From Eledone cirrhosa (taxonomy: Eukaryota), in the NCBI GenBank assembly GCA_964016885.1, contig OZ024761.1, forward strand, positions 26,102,001 to 26,166,000: 64,000 nt of DNA. The letters are read 5' to 3'. Below are positions 26,098-40,229 of the stretch, piece after piece (positions within the stretch are counted from its first letter, which is position 1; each line of letters begins with the position of its first letter). The notes beneath the pieces are model-generated. The model was not told where the DNA came from and made no database searches. It saw nothing but the letters and a program-made list of their open reading frames with translations. The position numbers were made by a program, and so were the translations under genes.

Positions 26098-26455
26098 GTG
26101 GGTACTAGTTTGATAGTTCGTGTGCTGATAGTCGAAATTGGTACTAGTGCCACAGTCTGTGTGTTGATAGTCAAAGTCGGTACTAGTTCGATAGTTCGTG
26201 TGCTGATAGTAGAAGTTGGTACTAGTTTGATAGTTCGCGTGTTGATAGTCGAAGTTGGTACTAGTTTGATAGTTCGTGTGTTGATAGTCGAAGTTGGTAC
26301 TAGTTCCACAGTTGGTGTGTTGATCGTCAAAGTTGGTACTAGTTCCACAGTTGGTGTGCTGATAGTCAAAGTCGGTACTAGTTCCACAGCTCGTGTGTTG
26401 ATAGTCGAAGTCGTTACTAGTTCTACAGCTCGTGTGTTGATAGTCAAAGTTGGAG
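26098..26455. repeat. 39-bp minisatellite, about 9 units
   Basis: ggtactagtt(tg/cc)a(t/c)agttcgtgtg(c/t)tgatagtc(g/a)aagtt repeated. Confidence 0.9.
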
Positions 26456-27004
26456 TTGAAGCTTGCAGTTCGATTTAGCGTGTTGGATTGTTGGTTCTTA
26501 AAAGTTTGTTGTTGTATTACGTGTGCTTATTGCTGTTTGTTTTGATTATATTGTTATTACAATGTTGCAGTGTATTCGTTTATCTATAAGGACATAACAA
26601 TATTATGGTATAGTATTACATTCTCAAGTAACCACAAACACCATATAGACTGTATAGAATGATCAATCAGCTTATCCCATGTTGTTCACGAGTCGTATTA
26701 TTTTCAAAAGCCTTACTTAATATCGAGCTCCAGGAGTATCATTATCAAACGCCATATAAAGTTCTATTAATAAAAGAAATAAAGTCAGTGGGATTGGCAA
26801 TAATCGGTAGAGCGTTGGTCAACATCATACTGTATAATTAGTGAGTCAATTACATTTTATAATTTAAATTTCCCACTGTATCGCATATCAGCCAACATTT
26901 CTATATGCATATGTATGTATATATATATATAAAGGACCGATCGACTAATGTTATATATATATATATATAAATAATATATATAATATATAATATCATCATC
27001 ATCA

Positions 27005-27240
27005 TCATTTTTACGTCCGCTTTTCCCTGCTTGCAAGGGTGGGACGGGAACTGATTATGGCTTGATTTCTACAGCTGGATGCCCTTCCTAACACCAACCT
27101 CATTTACAGTGAGTGCTGGGTGCTTTTTTGCCGGGGCACCTCCACGACCACTTCACAGTGGAATGATAAGGACCCCAGTCCTATCATCTCATTTCTACAG
27201 CTGAGTAAACTGGAGCAATGTGAAATAAAGATGATGATGA
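27005..27240 (-). mobile_element. SINE fragment with RTE-like 3' tail ending in (GAT)n
   Basis: ttttacgtccgcttttccctgcttg...ggatgcccttcctaacaccaacc. The same 3' tip occurs at about 5446-5502 and 7544-7601. Confidence 0.6.
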
Positions 27241-27676
27241 TGAAGATGATGATATATATAAAATAAAATGTTTTTTCAGATGTTCCTCACGGGTAAATAT
27301 TAAAGAGAAAGAATTTGATAATGCAACTGAAGCCTTTTAAGAACATTTATTTAATTTATCGGTTTCACATGATTAACAAACATAGAATCGAGATGAAAGG
27401 TTTGTGTTTCTTCTGTAGAGTTTGAAACACCTTTCTGTTTCAAACAAAAAAAATTGACTCAAAGTTGCTATTTGCGATTTTATTGGTTGGTGACAATCAC
27501 GTGATTAGGCATAGTAAATTCTTGTGCCCAAACTGGAAGGACAATAACAGAAGTAATGAAAAAAAAAATGGAGTATTATTGTTCAGTGTATATGGATAAT
27601 GACGAAGTCAAATTTTAAGAGGTATCTGGCTTAATTAATTTTCCTTGACTTACAATTTGCAATATATATATATATA

Positions 27677-27932
27677 TATTAAAATAACAGATGAAAGTTT
27701 AAGCAAAGAATCGCTGCTTTCACCCTTAACGGGATCTTTTGTAACTAAAAAAAAATAAGGATTTTATTTACTTTCAAAAGATCTCGTTAAGGGTGAACGC
27801 AGCGATTCTTTGCTTAAACCTTCATCTGTTATTTTAATAAATATTTGCTCTATGGTTCTTATATGTTTGATATATATTTATCCTTATCGAGCCATCTTGC
27901 GATCTTAGTCGTTACATTTATTATTATTACTA
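27677..27932 (+). mobile_element. Family C fold-back (HHR cores degenerate)
   Basis: About 27677-27740 is inverted at about 27775-27838; tail contains tatcgagcc. Confidence 0.7.
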
Positions 27933-27937
27933 TATAA

Positions 27938-27970
<33 letters not shown>

Positions 27971-27982
27971 CACGCACACACA

Positions 27983-28154
27983 CAGACCTGCCAACCTCTA
28001 AAAACTCAAACGGGTCGTACCATGAGAAAATTTACCCCAAAACGGGGAGATTTTACATAATGAAATAATAGATATTTTCACAAGAGTAGACATCTTTCAC
28101 CTTCCGTAACGTGGGCGAGATATTACCCCTCGGACGGTAGAGGTGTCAGCTCTG
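27983..28154. mobile_element. hAT-like MITE
   Basis: Imperfect TIRs cagacctgccaacct / aggtgtcagctctg; target-site duplication not clear. Confidence 0.45.
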
Positions 28155-28249
28155 TGTACATATATAAACTTAAGAAAATTAACAATAAGAAGACAAGTCG
28201 AGGAGAAACCTTTAAAAAATATTTTTTTTTAATTAAATATACAAACGAA

Positions 28250-28284
<35 letters not shown>

Positions 28285-28314
28285 TATATATATGTGTGTG
28301 TATATATATAGTAA

Positions 28315-28650
28315 TAATAATGGTTTCTTATATAGGCACAAGGCCAGCAATTTTGGGGGAGGGGAAAGTCCATTAAATCGACCCCAGTGCGTGACTGGTA
28401 CTCGATAAAATAAAGTACGAGTCACGCACTGGGGTCGATTTAATCGATTTCCCTTCCCCCAAAATTGCTGGCCTTGTGCCTATATAAAAAAAAACATTAT
28501 GATACGCATAGAGTTATGACCCTTTACATTCTGAGTTCAAATCCCGCCGAGGTTAACTTTGCTTTTCATCCTTACGGGGTCGATAAAATAAAGTACCAGT
28601 AATGCACTTGTTATTTGTTGGCCTTGTGCCAAAAGTTGAAACAATTATTA
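28315..28650. mobile_element. SINE family 2 3' halves: head-to-head pair followed by a 5'-truncated copy
   Basis: 28315-28402 is inverted at 28414-28500, then ...gttcaaatcccgccgagg... to 28650. Confidence 0.75.
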
Positions 28651-28653
28651 TTA

Positions 28654-28715
<62 letters not shown>

Positions 28716-28749
28716 TTCGTTTGTATTTTTATTTGTACAGTATATATAC

Positions 28750-29668
28750 GAGAGAGAGTGAGAGAGGTGGAGAGATAGACAGAAGTTAAACGAGAGAGAG
28801 AGGTGGAGAGATAGACAGAAGATGAACGAGAGAGAGAGGTGGAGAGATAGACAGAAGATGAACGAGAGAGAGAGAGAGAGAGACAGAATATGAACGACAC
28901 AGAGAGAGGTGGACAGATAGACAGAATATGAACGAGAGGGAAAGAAAGCGAGAGAGAGAGAGAGATAGGCAGAATATGAACGAGAGAGGTGGAGAAATAG
29001 ACAGAATATGAACGAGAGGGAAAGAAAGCGAGAGAGAGATAGGCAGAGAGAGGTGGAGAGATTGACAGATTATGAACAGGAGAGAGAGAGACAGAATATG
29101 AAGGTGAGAGAGAGATAGACATAATATGAAGGAGAGAAAGAGATAGACAGAATATGAAGGAGAGAGAGAGATAGACATAATATGAAGGAGAGAGAGAGAG
29201 AGACATAATATGAAGGAGAGAGAGAGATAGACGTAATATGAAGGAGAGAGAGAGAGAGACAGAATATGAAGGAGAGAGAGAGAGAGAAACAGAATATGAA
29301 GGAGAGAGAGAGATAGACATAATATGAAGGAGAGAGTGAGATAGACCTAATATGAAGGAGAGAGAGATATAGACATAATATGAAGGAGAGAGATAGACAT
29401 AATATGAAGGAGAGAGAGAGAGAGACAGAATATGAAGGAGAGAGAGAGATAGACAGAATATGAAGGAGAGAGAGAGATAGACATAATATGAAGGAGGGAG
29501 AGAGAGAGACATAATATGAAGGAGAGAGAGAGATAGACATAATATGAAAGAGTGACAGAGATAGACATAATATGAAGGAGAGAGAGAGAGAGACAGAATA
29601 TGAAGGAGAGAGAGATAGACATAATATGAAGGAGAGAGAGAGATAGACAGAATATGAAGGAGAGAGAG
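28750..29668. repeat. Composite minisatellite (GA)n-gatagacataatatgaag, units of about 26-32 bp
   Basis: Visible tandem units; source of the S/L-rich ORFs. Confidence 0.9.
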
Positions 29669-30441
29669 GAAGCAACAGTGCGGTAGGAAATAATAGAAAA
29701 CCATTTAACGTCATTTACCGTTCGAATGAGAAAATTATACACAAATCATTTTTTATTTATTCTTTTGTTTTCTCTGCTCGTTAGAATGTGTTATAAATGT
29801 GTGAAAGATAAATGTTAAATTATTTATCGCAATAAGCCTCCGCTATCAACCTTCTCCACCCCCTCACCCCCATCCCCCTCTTCTCTCCCCTCTGTCTGTC
29901 TTTATCGGTTCTCTCTTCCTTTCTCTCTTCCCCCTCTCTCTCTTCCTTTCTCTCTCTCCCGTCTCCGCCCTCTCTTTCTCTTTCAAACATACAGGCACTC
30001 TGCATCTATTACACTTGTGTGTGCATGTATATATATATATATAATATATATAATATATATATATATAAATATATAATATATATATAAATATTTAATATAT
30101 ATATAAATATATAATATATATATATATATATAATATATATAATATATAATATATATATAAATATATAATATATATATAAATATATAATATATATATATAT
30201 ATTTATGTATGTACGTATATGCATATTTGCAAATGTGTATATAATTAAATATATAAATATGAATATATAAATATATATATGTGTGAGAGTATGTTTATAT
30301 ATAAACACGCATATGTGATTGTATATAAACACGCAACAAACAAACACACACACACACACACCATCGCAAACCACCCCACCACCGCCACGTTATGAAGCAA
30401 TAAATATGAATAAATATACTCATATATTTAAGCAACAAATA

Positions 30442-30476
<35 letters not shown>

Positions 30477-30799
30477 TATATTATATCATATTATATTATA
30501 TTATTTTCAGAATAGTGTATTCATAAAAAAATAACAAACATGAGTGTGTGTGAGATGGAGTGTAATGGTGGATGGTGTAGAGGTTTGATGTAGTTTGCCA
30601 TTATGTTTAATGCAGAAATGGTCATAATGTTTGTTAAACATTTAGTTCAACATGAGTTATTACTCTTTATTATCTGGTATGTTTGCACAATGTCTTGTGT
30701 ACATAAACATTTATTGGCTCATATGCATGTATATATGTATATATATATATACGTATATATATATATATATATATATATATTTAAATATATTCAAATATG

Positions 30800-30844
<45 letters not shown>

Positions 30845-30860
30845 TTACACATAAGTATAT

Positions 30861-30912
<52 letters not shown>

Positions 30913-31057
30913 TTACATATAAGTATATATATATGTATATATAATACACATATATATATTTAGATATATATAGTTACATATGAGTATATATATATATATA
31001 TGTGTGTATATATATGTATATATAATACATAAACCTACATATATATATACTATATAT

Positions 31058-31104
<47 letters not shown>

Positions 31105-31426
31105 CTATATATACACATATCTATATATATATATAATATACATACACATATCTATATATATATATATATATATATAATACACACACATAACTGAGTGTCA
31201 ATATGTATATATGTAAGTATGGATATATGTGTGTGTGTGTGTGTGCGCGCGCGCGTGTTGGGGTTGTTTGGAGGAGTGGTAGCGCAGCATTATTCATGTT
31301 TGGTTTAATTCGGTCCTGTTTAATCACGTATAGTTGAATAACAAAGAAAGTAGCAACAAGAAAAGATAATATATTGTCGAAATATATTTTACCGTGGCTC
31401 ATCTGCTAACATTATTTATTGGATTG

Positions 31427-31633
31427 GCGGTGGATTGGCAGTGTCGGTAGAGGGCCGGACGCCATGCTTTCCAGCATAGTTACGTCCCTTTACGATCTGA
31501 GTTCAAATCCCGCCGAGGTTGACTTTGCCTTTCACCCTTAACGGGATCTTATCAAGCCCTCTCCTGATATAAAATAAAGTACCAGTAATGCACTGGGTAA
31601 TTGCTGGCCTTGTGCCTAAAGTAGAAACAATTA
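31427..31633 (+). mobile_element. SINE family 2 with an internal family C patch
   Basis: ggcggtggattggcag...gttcaaatcccgcc; ctttcacccttaacgggatcttatcaagccctct replaces the normal core segment. Confidence 0.8.
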
Positions 31634-31638
31634 TTACT

Positions 31639-31689
<51 letters not shown>

Positions 31690-31692
<3 letters not shown>

Positions 31693-32088
31693 GCTGTAGC
31701 GTTGCAATTAAATGCATCAGTAGGCGGTATGCCGTTTGAGCACTCGATGCTCACGCGGAACAGAGTATATTATTATAAATAACGAGGCATCAATGATGCA
31801 TTAAAACACAATTTATTAACATATAACATAAGGTCTCCGACGATCAGCTCTAGGCCCCATCTATTATATATCGGATCTGACTGCATTCGCAAGGTCCTCA
31901 GATATGTTTATTGTTTTTAAGTTGGAAAAAATGCCTTGAAAACGATAAACATATGTGAGGACCTTGCGAATGCAGAATCCGGTTCGATCTATAATAGTTC
32001 CTGCCTTGAGCTGATCGTTTGAGACACATATGTTATATTAATAAATTGTGTCTTAATGCATCACTGATTCCACGTTATCTATAATAAA
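31690..32088 (-). mobile_element. Diverged asymmetric fold-back, family I (about 150-bp arms)
   Basis: About 31770-31920 is inverted at about 31936-32088. Tail contains gagcactcgat (minus: atcgagtgctc). CTGAGGA on the minus arm, but no clean HHR fold. Confidence 0.65.
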
Positions 32089-32100
32089 TATATATATATA

Positions 32101-32265
32101 TGACGAAAGAAATGTGGTAAGGAACCAGGTGGACCATAACGCACCAAAGTACTCGATACTTAGGGTAGTAGAGTGGGTAATAGGAACGAGTAGGACCCCG
32201 ACGGCTAATAGTCCAGAATTAGACGTCGAAACGGCTTGAGCTCAGCCGTCGAGATCCTACTCGTT

Positions 32266-32267
<2 letters not shown>
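32101..32267. mobile_element. Asymmetric fold-back element, family B
   Basis: Same tail and gttcc|tata short-arm end as the other family B copies. Confidence 0.8.
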
Positions 32268-32326
<59 letters not shown>

Positions 32327-32342
32327 TATATATATATATATA

Positions 32343-32529
32343 ATTGTTTCTACGTTAGGCACAAGGCCAGCAATTACCCAGTGCATTACTGGTACTTTAT
32401 TTTATCGACCCCGTAAGGATGAAAGGCAAAGTTAACCTCGGCGGGAATTGAACTCAGAATGGCAAGGGCCGTAACTCTATACGTCAAAGCATGGCGTCCG
32501 ACCCTCTCCCAATACTGCCAATCCACCGC
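32343..32529 (-). mobile_element. SINE family 2, full length
   Basis: Reverse complement of the 35576-35782 type. Confidence 0.85.
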
Positions 32530-32645
32530 ATTATATATATATATAATGCGATGAAATATCAATGATGGTTGGCAAATCACTGACGAAGGACTAATTTTAT
32601 CATATGTAACCCATGTGCAACCACGCAGTATTCTACTTTCTTCTC

Positions 32646-32718
<73 letters not shown>

Positions 32719-33043
32719 AGTTAAAAGGCTATTGGGGTCTTTCAGAATGTCCATTTATAATAATGTATAACTGTCACAGGTTCACATATCTCATGATTTT
32801 TAAAAGTTAAGAGAGATGATCAGATATGCGGGTATGAGATCGTGTAAATCACATAGAACTGCTGTTGAAACGTTCTCTCAGGTTTCTGTATAGAATGGGT
32901 GTCACGTGGTTCTAAGTGTGAAGTAGCACCTATCAAATGGGATCTTGAAACTTGTAGCATTTTAAGTAACTCCAATCGCTTTTTCAACTTCTTTTTCCAT
33001 AACTTTACCCGTGTAGGCTATATGAAAAAAAAATGACATTTAA

Positions 33044-33117
<74 letters not shown>

Positions 33118-33118
33118 A

Positions 33119-33215
<97 letters not shown>

Positions 33216-33322
33216 GCATATGTAACAGAAGTAAAGAGAGAGAAAGGAATGATAGGTTTGTATATATATATATATAGTCATACATACGTATATTTGTATA
33301 TATGCAGTCATACATACATACG

Positions 33323-33385
<63 letters not shown>

Positions 33386-34589
33386 TACATATATATATTT
33401 GATTATATCTTTGATGTCCATTCCATATATTCACTCCATTCATATTTATATTTATGTATAGCAGCACCGCTTTCAAGATCAAAATTTTAACGACTGGTTT
33501 GATTGAGAAATAAATAAAGAGATCGAAAGATCGATACCCTGTTAAGATGTTTGTACTAATAAAATTGTCGAATGAAGGTTGCTTTGTAAATTTGAAATTA
33601 TTACGTAAGTTCTTCGTCCGTCCGTATTCTACTTAGCTGGGTCATTAATTTTAACTATCTAATATAACCAGTGAAATTATTATTACTCCTTCAGCTATAG
33701 TCTTTATATATCGATAAATCAATAGTTCGATTATAAATACCTCGCATTTAATACACCAAATGATGTTCACATAGATCAAAATAGATGGTAAATTTTATGT
33801 CGTCCTCACACGTTTAATGGAATGAAGTGCCTCTCTGTCGGTTTCCATGTGGAGCGTACCATTTGATTCGATCATTAGGATGGCATACTCTTGGAACTGA
33901 AATGCATGCGATTGCTCATTTCACAAACACGTGTATGCTTAAAAGACAAAGTGTGTAACACAGCTGACCTTAGGAATTGTATTTATAATGCCGTAACTTC
34001 TGGAGGTGTCATATGGGTCTCTGCATAAACATAGTGTTCCTATGGCATTTTAAAACCGGGTGGATACTATATCCCCTCCAGGTTTGAATACAGCTGATTT
34101 CTGCTAGAGAAAGTTAGAAATAGTGTGGGGGAGGGGATAGAGAGAGAGAGAGTGAGAGATATAGAGAGATGTAGAGGGAGAGAGAGAGGGAATGGAATTG
34201 AGAAGTAGACATAGAAGAGAAACCAGCCCCAGTATTAGACTGATACGTTTTTATCGACCTCGAAATGATAGAAGACACATTTGACCTTGGCAGGATTTGA
34301 ACTAAGAGAAACAGAAGGCATGATGGTATACCTCAAATCATTATATCAGACGTTCTAACGACTCCTCATTTCACCGCCTTACCGTATGAGTTGCAGGTAA
34401 AATTACACATTTTGCAACTGTGGACTGCAGCAACGTAAAATAAAATGTCTTGTTCAATGACACAACAGGTCGCATCGTATCGAATTCATGATCTTGCTAT
34501 CATGAGCCAAACACAATAACTACTAAACCACTAACCCACGTGTCTTCCCTACACAGTAATATATCAGGGCTAGGTAGATAGACAATTCC

Positions 34590-35350
34590 TCATCTGCTGC
34601 TGCTCATAAGAGTCACCAGCTGGGAAGAAAAACTTAACAACCTCCCATCTCTTACAACAATGGAGTTAAAGGCGAGCGAAGCACTGCCCGCCCCCTTCCG
34701 GAGCAGATACAAACTATGTAGTGTGGAAGCGCCTCAACAGACTAAGATCTGGTGTTGGACGTGAAAAGCTAATCTGGCAAAATGGCGATATTTAAAGAAT
34801 GGGGCCGTTGTGTGTGACGGCGGCTTCTAACCACAGACTACGCAGCACCTCCTGATATGGCCCCTGCTGGAACACCCCTTCACAGCATTGGACTTGGCAG
34901 ATTTTAATGAGAAAGGACAGCAATGTGTTCAGCTAGCCATGCTTTGTAACTGTCACTCTTGTGGACACAAGAAAGATGGGGACGTTATGTGTGACGGCGG
35001 CCTCTAACCACAGACTACGCAGCACCTCCTGATATGGCCTCTGCTGGAACACCCCTTCACAGCATTGGACTTGGCAGATTTTAATGAGAAAGGACAGCAA
35101 TGTGTTGAGCTAGCCATGCTTTGTAACTGACACTCTTGTGGACACAAGAAAGATGGGGACGTTATGTGTGACGGCGGCCTCTAACCACAGACTACGCAGC
35201 ACCTTCTGATATGGCCCCTGCTGGAACACCCCTGCTGCACAACATTGGACTTGCCAGAGTGTAATGAGAAATGACAGCAATTTGTTCAGCTGTGGTGGAA
35301 CCACATTTAGCCAAGCTCAGTAACTGACACACTTGTGGACACAAGAACAA
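34590..35350 (+). mobile_element. Vingi/Ingi-like LINE 3' fragment with the last 177 bp triplicated
   Basis: Frameshifted translation GADTNYVVWKRLNRLRSGVGR..NLAKWRYL..VCDGG..QTTQHLLIWPLLEHP matches the LNRLRxGxGR / CxCG..QT..H..CP C-terminus. Units start at 34800, 34977 and 35154. Confidence 0.75.
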
Positions 35351-35575
35351 CCTGCTCATATTTACACTTTCTTTTCTTTCTTTGCCGCCTCCTCATCATC
35401 GTCATCGTAATCATCATCATTGTCATCATCACCATCATCGTCATCACCATCATCACCATCATCGTCATCATCGTCATGATCATCACCATCGTTATCATCA
35501 TCATCATTATCGTTATCATCATCATCATCATCATTATCGTTATCATCATCATCATCATCTGTATCGTTATCATCA

Positions 35576-35779
35576 GGCGGTGGATTGGCAGTATCGGTAG
35601 AGGGTCGGACGCCATGCTTTGACGTATAGAGTTACGGCCCTTGCCATTCTGAGTTCAAATCCCGCCGAGGTTAACTTTGCATTTCATCCTTACGGGGGAG
35701 GGGGGGGGGGTCGATACGATAAAATAAAGTACCAGTAATGCACTGGGGTAATTGCTGGCCTTGTGCCAAACGTAGATAC

Positions 35780-35782
<3 letters not shown>
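35576..35782 (+). mobile_element. SINE family 2 (tRNA head plus Nin/Deu-like domain), full length, inside a (CAT)n tract
   Basis: ggcggtggattggcagtatcggtag (A box), gagttcaaatcc (B box), ctttgcatttcatccttacgggg..gataaaataaagtaccag. Confidence 0.85.
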
Positions 35783-35815
<33 letters not shown>

Positions 35816-36399
35816 TATCGTCGTCATTATCGTCGTAGAGACGTCGTCACCATCGTGGGCCTCCTTATCGTCGTCGTCATCATTTCATCATTGTTGTCAT
35901 GGTCACCATCATCATCATCATCATCAGATTCCCTCTGATCCTCACCCCTATTTTCTCCCTCACCCTTCTATATATTCTTATATATATAGAATCAGCTATG
36001 TCCGATTATTTAAAAAGCTTTTTTAAATCCCTTCTGAATTCCCAGGTCTCCTCTCTCTTCCCAAATCCTTAGTACGTTGATGAATCAATGTCTTCCTTCT
36101 GTGCTACGTGGTAAAACCTTTAGCTTCCTTTGTGTAGTAATCGATACAAGAATTACTGTATATGTACTCCACTGTCGCTATTCCACTCTAATCGATTTAA
36201 TCACTTCGGTGCCAAATCTAAAACTTTGTGCTACGGAGATTACCGGATTAAGCGATGCGCGTTTCTTGAAATTTTAAATGAATGTATTTTTTTCTTGTTT
36301 TGTTTTCCATTTTCTTATTTCCATTGCCATTTTCATTTTTCTTTTAACTAAAAGCTTCTCTTTATATCTCCTCCCCCTATCTCTCTCTATCTCTCTTAC

Positions 36400-36450
<51 letters not shown>

Positions 36451-36839
36451 TACATATAAAAATGTTTATACAGAGTATATATATATATATATGCATGTAT
36501 GTGTGTATGTATCTATATATATGTATATATGCATGTATGTGTGTATGTATGTATATATGTATATATGCATGTATGTGTGTATGTATGTATATATGCATGT
36601 ATGTGTGTATCTATGTATATGTATATATGCATGTATGTGTATGTATATATATGTATATATGTCTGTATTGTGTATGTATGTATATATATGTATATATGCA
36701 TGTATGTATGTATATATATGTATATATGCATGTTTGTGTGTATGTATCTATATATATGTATATATGCATGTATGTGTGTATGTATATATATGTATATATG
36801 CATGTATGTGTGCATGTATGTATATATATGTATATATGT

Positions 36840-37090
36840 ACAACCTGTCCCATGGTCGGGTCGTTGGCGACTAAACTGGCAACCCCACCAAGGTTTCTTG
36901 GTGAGGAGGGTGACTTTGGACATCCTGCAGGACTAAAAACAAAACCTGTCAAAGGGCAAAGGAGCTTTTAAGAGTCAATGGCCATCCAAAATCACCGAGA
37001 GAGATGACCCCTTAGCCTTTGTCAAGGCAGAATTCTAGGAGAAGGAAAACTCTGATATAACACCTGCAACCCTGATGGTATCCAATGATA
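36840..37090 (+). mobile_element. Probable RTE-type LINE 5' UTR fragment
   Basis: GC-richer island with aaaacctgtcaaagg and ctaggagaaggaaaactctga, recalled as RTE 5' UTR-like; no ORF support. Confidence 0.35.
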
Positions 37091-37299
37091 TTGACTTGTT
37101 CTTTTTGGTAAATATCATCTTGATTAAGAGAGTGGGACTGGCTTTGTGCAGTGCCTTTGCTCACTATAAAAGCTTCACAGCATAGGCATTGTTTTATATC
37201 TGGAGATCTCTCTGCACTTGTCGTCGCATGGTACCATGGGCCCAGCACTATGTGTCAATGATTGTCACAAGTGTAGATGCATATATGTGTGTGTGTATG

Positions 37300-37338
<39 letters not shown>

Positions 37339-37451
37339 TTTATTTATTTTAAAGTTGAGACAGTAGACAAAACAAAAACTCGTGGAAGCGAAAAGGCAGT
37401 ATATATATATATATATATATATATATACTATATATATATATATATATATAT

Positions 37452-37485
<34 letters not shown>

Positions 37486-37531
37486 AAGTTGAGACAGTAA
37501 ACAGAAATCAAAAATACGTGGAAGCGGTCGT

Positions 37532-37693
37532 GTACCAAAGTATGGTACCAAAGTATGGTACCAAAGTATGGTACCAAAGTATGGTACCAAAGTATGGTAC
37601 CAAAGTATGGCACCAAAGTATGGCACCAAAGTATGGCACCAAAGTATGGTACCATAGTATGGTTCCAAATTATGGTACCAAAGTATGAAACCA
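37532..37693. repeat. 13-bp minisatellite (gtaccaaagtatg), about 12 units
   Basis: Visible tandem units. Confidence 0.95.
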
Positions 37694-37784
37694 AACGTTC
37701 AGAAAAGTCGAATTAAGAGCATATAGTACAAATGTGTACGAGCGTACCGACGTCTGAGCTCTGGTCATGAAGTCGATGCATGTC

Positions 37785-38062
37785 TTAATCCAGAAGGCTC
37801 ATTTGGCACTGTGTTTATCCCTGTTACATGGCCTGAAGCGACTGAGAATACAAGACTTCCTTCTGGACAGGACGCCAGTCCATGGCAGGGTTAACCCTCC
37901 CCCCGCACCGGCTATTGCTTGTACTCATTGTCAGATGAGTATACTGGAGCAACGTGAAATGAAGTGCTTTGCTCAAGAACACAACACCCCATCCCAGCAA
38001 TCGAGCCCACGACATTATGATCGTAAGTCCAACACCCTTACCCATTAGGCCATGTGCCTCCA
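37785..38062 (-). mobile_element. SINE family 1
   Basis: Reverse complement homologous to 20666-20940. Confidence 0.8.
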
Positions 38063-38585
38063 CGTGGTTATGGAGAGAACTCTTTAACCACACAGCCAGG
38101 ATTGCTTCACAATAACACCAAACGAAAATATAGTTGCACATTTAAAATACAATAATACATTATATAACATCAGGACCTACAATATTTTAGCGTTTTGTTT
38201 AACATTAACATTTTTTTTTCGTCTCCAACAACCATATATATTCTATGGATACTTGTAATTCTCAAACAAATCCGACGGTATCGTTTGCATTGAAGAAGCA
38301 TTTATTTGAAAAGTAAAAAAAAATAATAATTAGGTTTTTTTTTTTTTCTCTTTTTGCTTTACTTTTCTCTCCATCTTTCTAAATCTCACAAATGAATGTA
38401 CGTTAAAAAAATGCCGCTCGAAGCAAAAAAGAGAAAAAATATATTAGAGAATGTTAAAACGCCGAATCAACCATTTGTTTCAAATATTCTTTTGTATTCA
38501 CAATTCTTCAAATTTCTTCAAATTTTAGAGAAATATTTCGTTTCACACACAAAAAAGAGATCATGTAGTTTTATTAATTTATTAT

Positions 38586-38659
<74 letters not shown>

Positions 38660-39033
38660 GTTTTATATGTATATATAATTATTGTTTTATATATATATAT
38701 ATATTATTATTTTTCCACTCGTTTTAAGCTTTTATGAGAAAACTTTTATGCATATCTATCTTAACAAGAGAAGACAACCAACGGCATATTGAAAGGAAAC
38801 ATTTGAATATTTAAATATATGTTAATGCATTATGCCCAGAAACCAAAATATATGAAATTTTGCTATTGTATGGAGTTATTATTATTCTTCTTGTTGTTGT
38901 TGTTGTGCTGCTTTGCTATTGCTGCTGTTCTGTGTTGCTTTGGTTTTGTCACGATGTCTTTAAGATTATATCTCTCCCAAACGCATATATATATATATGT
39001 ATACTTATATATATGCATATATGTATACATATG

Positions 39034-39073
<40 letters not shown>

Positions 39074-39207
39074 ATTATGCATATATATAATATATGTATA
39101 TATATGTATATATATTTATATATAATTATGTATATATATAATATATGTATATATATATATGTATATATATGTATATATATGTATGTATATATATATATAT
39201 ATGTATG

Positions 39208-39243
<36 letters not shown>

Positions 39244-39249
39244 TGTATG

Positions 39250-39315
<66 letters not shown>

Positions 39316-39323
39316 TGTATGTA

Positions 39324-39373
<50 letters not shown>

Positions 39374-39966
39374 TATATACATATATATATATACATATAT
39401 ATACATACATATATATACATATATTATATATATATACATATATACATATATTATATATATATATACATATATACATATATTATATATATATATACATATA
39501 TACATATATATATATACATATATATATACATATATATATATATATACATATATATATACATATATATATATACATATATATATATACATATATATATATA
39601 CATATATATATACACATATATATATACATATATATATACATATATATACATACATATATATACATATATATATACATATATATAATATATGCATAATTAT
39701 ATATAAATATATATATATACATAGATATGCCCATAGATAGTGAGACTGACTTCCAGACTGATAGATAGATGAACAGACAGATATATTTCTTTATTTATTC
39801 TTTATTTATTTATTTTATTTTTTTATTTATTATTCTTTATTTTTATATATTTCTTTATGAACAGACAGATAGATAGAGACCGATATTCAGAGAGATTGAT
39901 AGATTGACTGATTTGCCACAAGGCGCGGACACAAGTGGGACACTACAAGGGGATTTTACATAAATA

Positions 39967-40153
39967 ATTGTTTCTACTTTAGGCACAAGGCCAGCAATAA
40001 CCCAGTTCGTTACTGGTACTTTATTTTATCGACCCCGTAAGGATGAAAGGCAAAGTCAACCTCGGCGGGATTTGAACTCAGATCGTAAAGGGACGTAACT
40101 ACGCTGGAAAGCATGGCGTCCGACTCTCTACCGATACTGCTAATCCACTGCCT
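39967..40153 (-). mobile_element. SINE family 2, full length
   Basis: Reverse complement of the family 2 sequence. Confidence 0.85.
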
Positions 40154-40229
40154 TTAACACTAATAAATAATAATAAACTATATATAAAATAAAATAACAA
40201 TCGAAATCCCCAATAGTGGGGAACGTTCC

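Noticed and set aside
26098-26455. Mucin-like 13-aa repeat ORFs on both strands
   Set aside because: Explained by a 39-bp minisatellite; a stop lies just upstream on the minus frame and there are no convincing splice sites.
32550-32600. GAAATATC...CTGACGAAGG as a permuted hammerhead
   Set aside because: Stem II cannot close and the stem I register is off.
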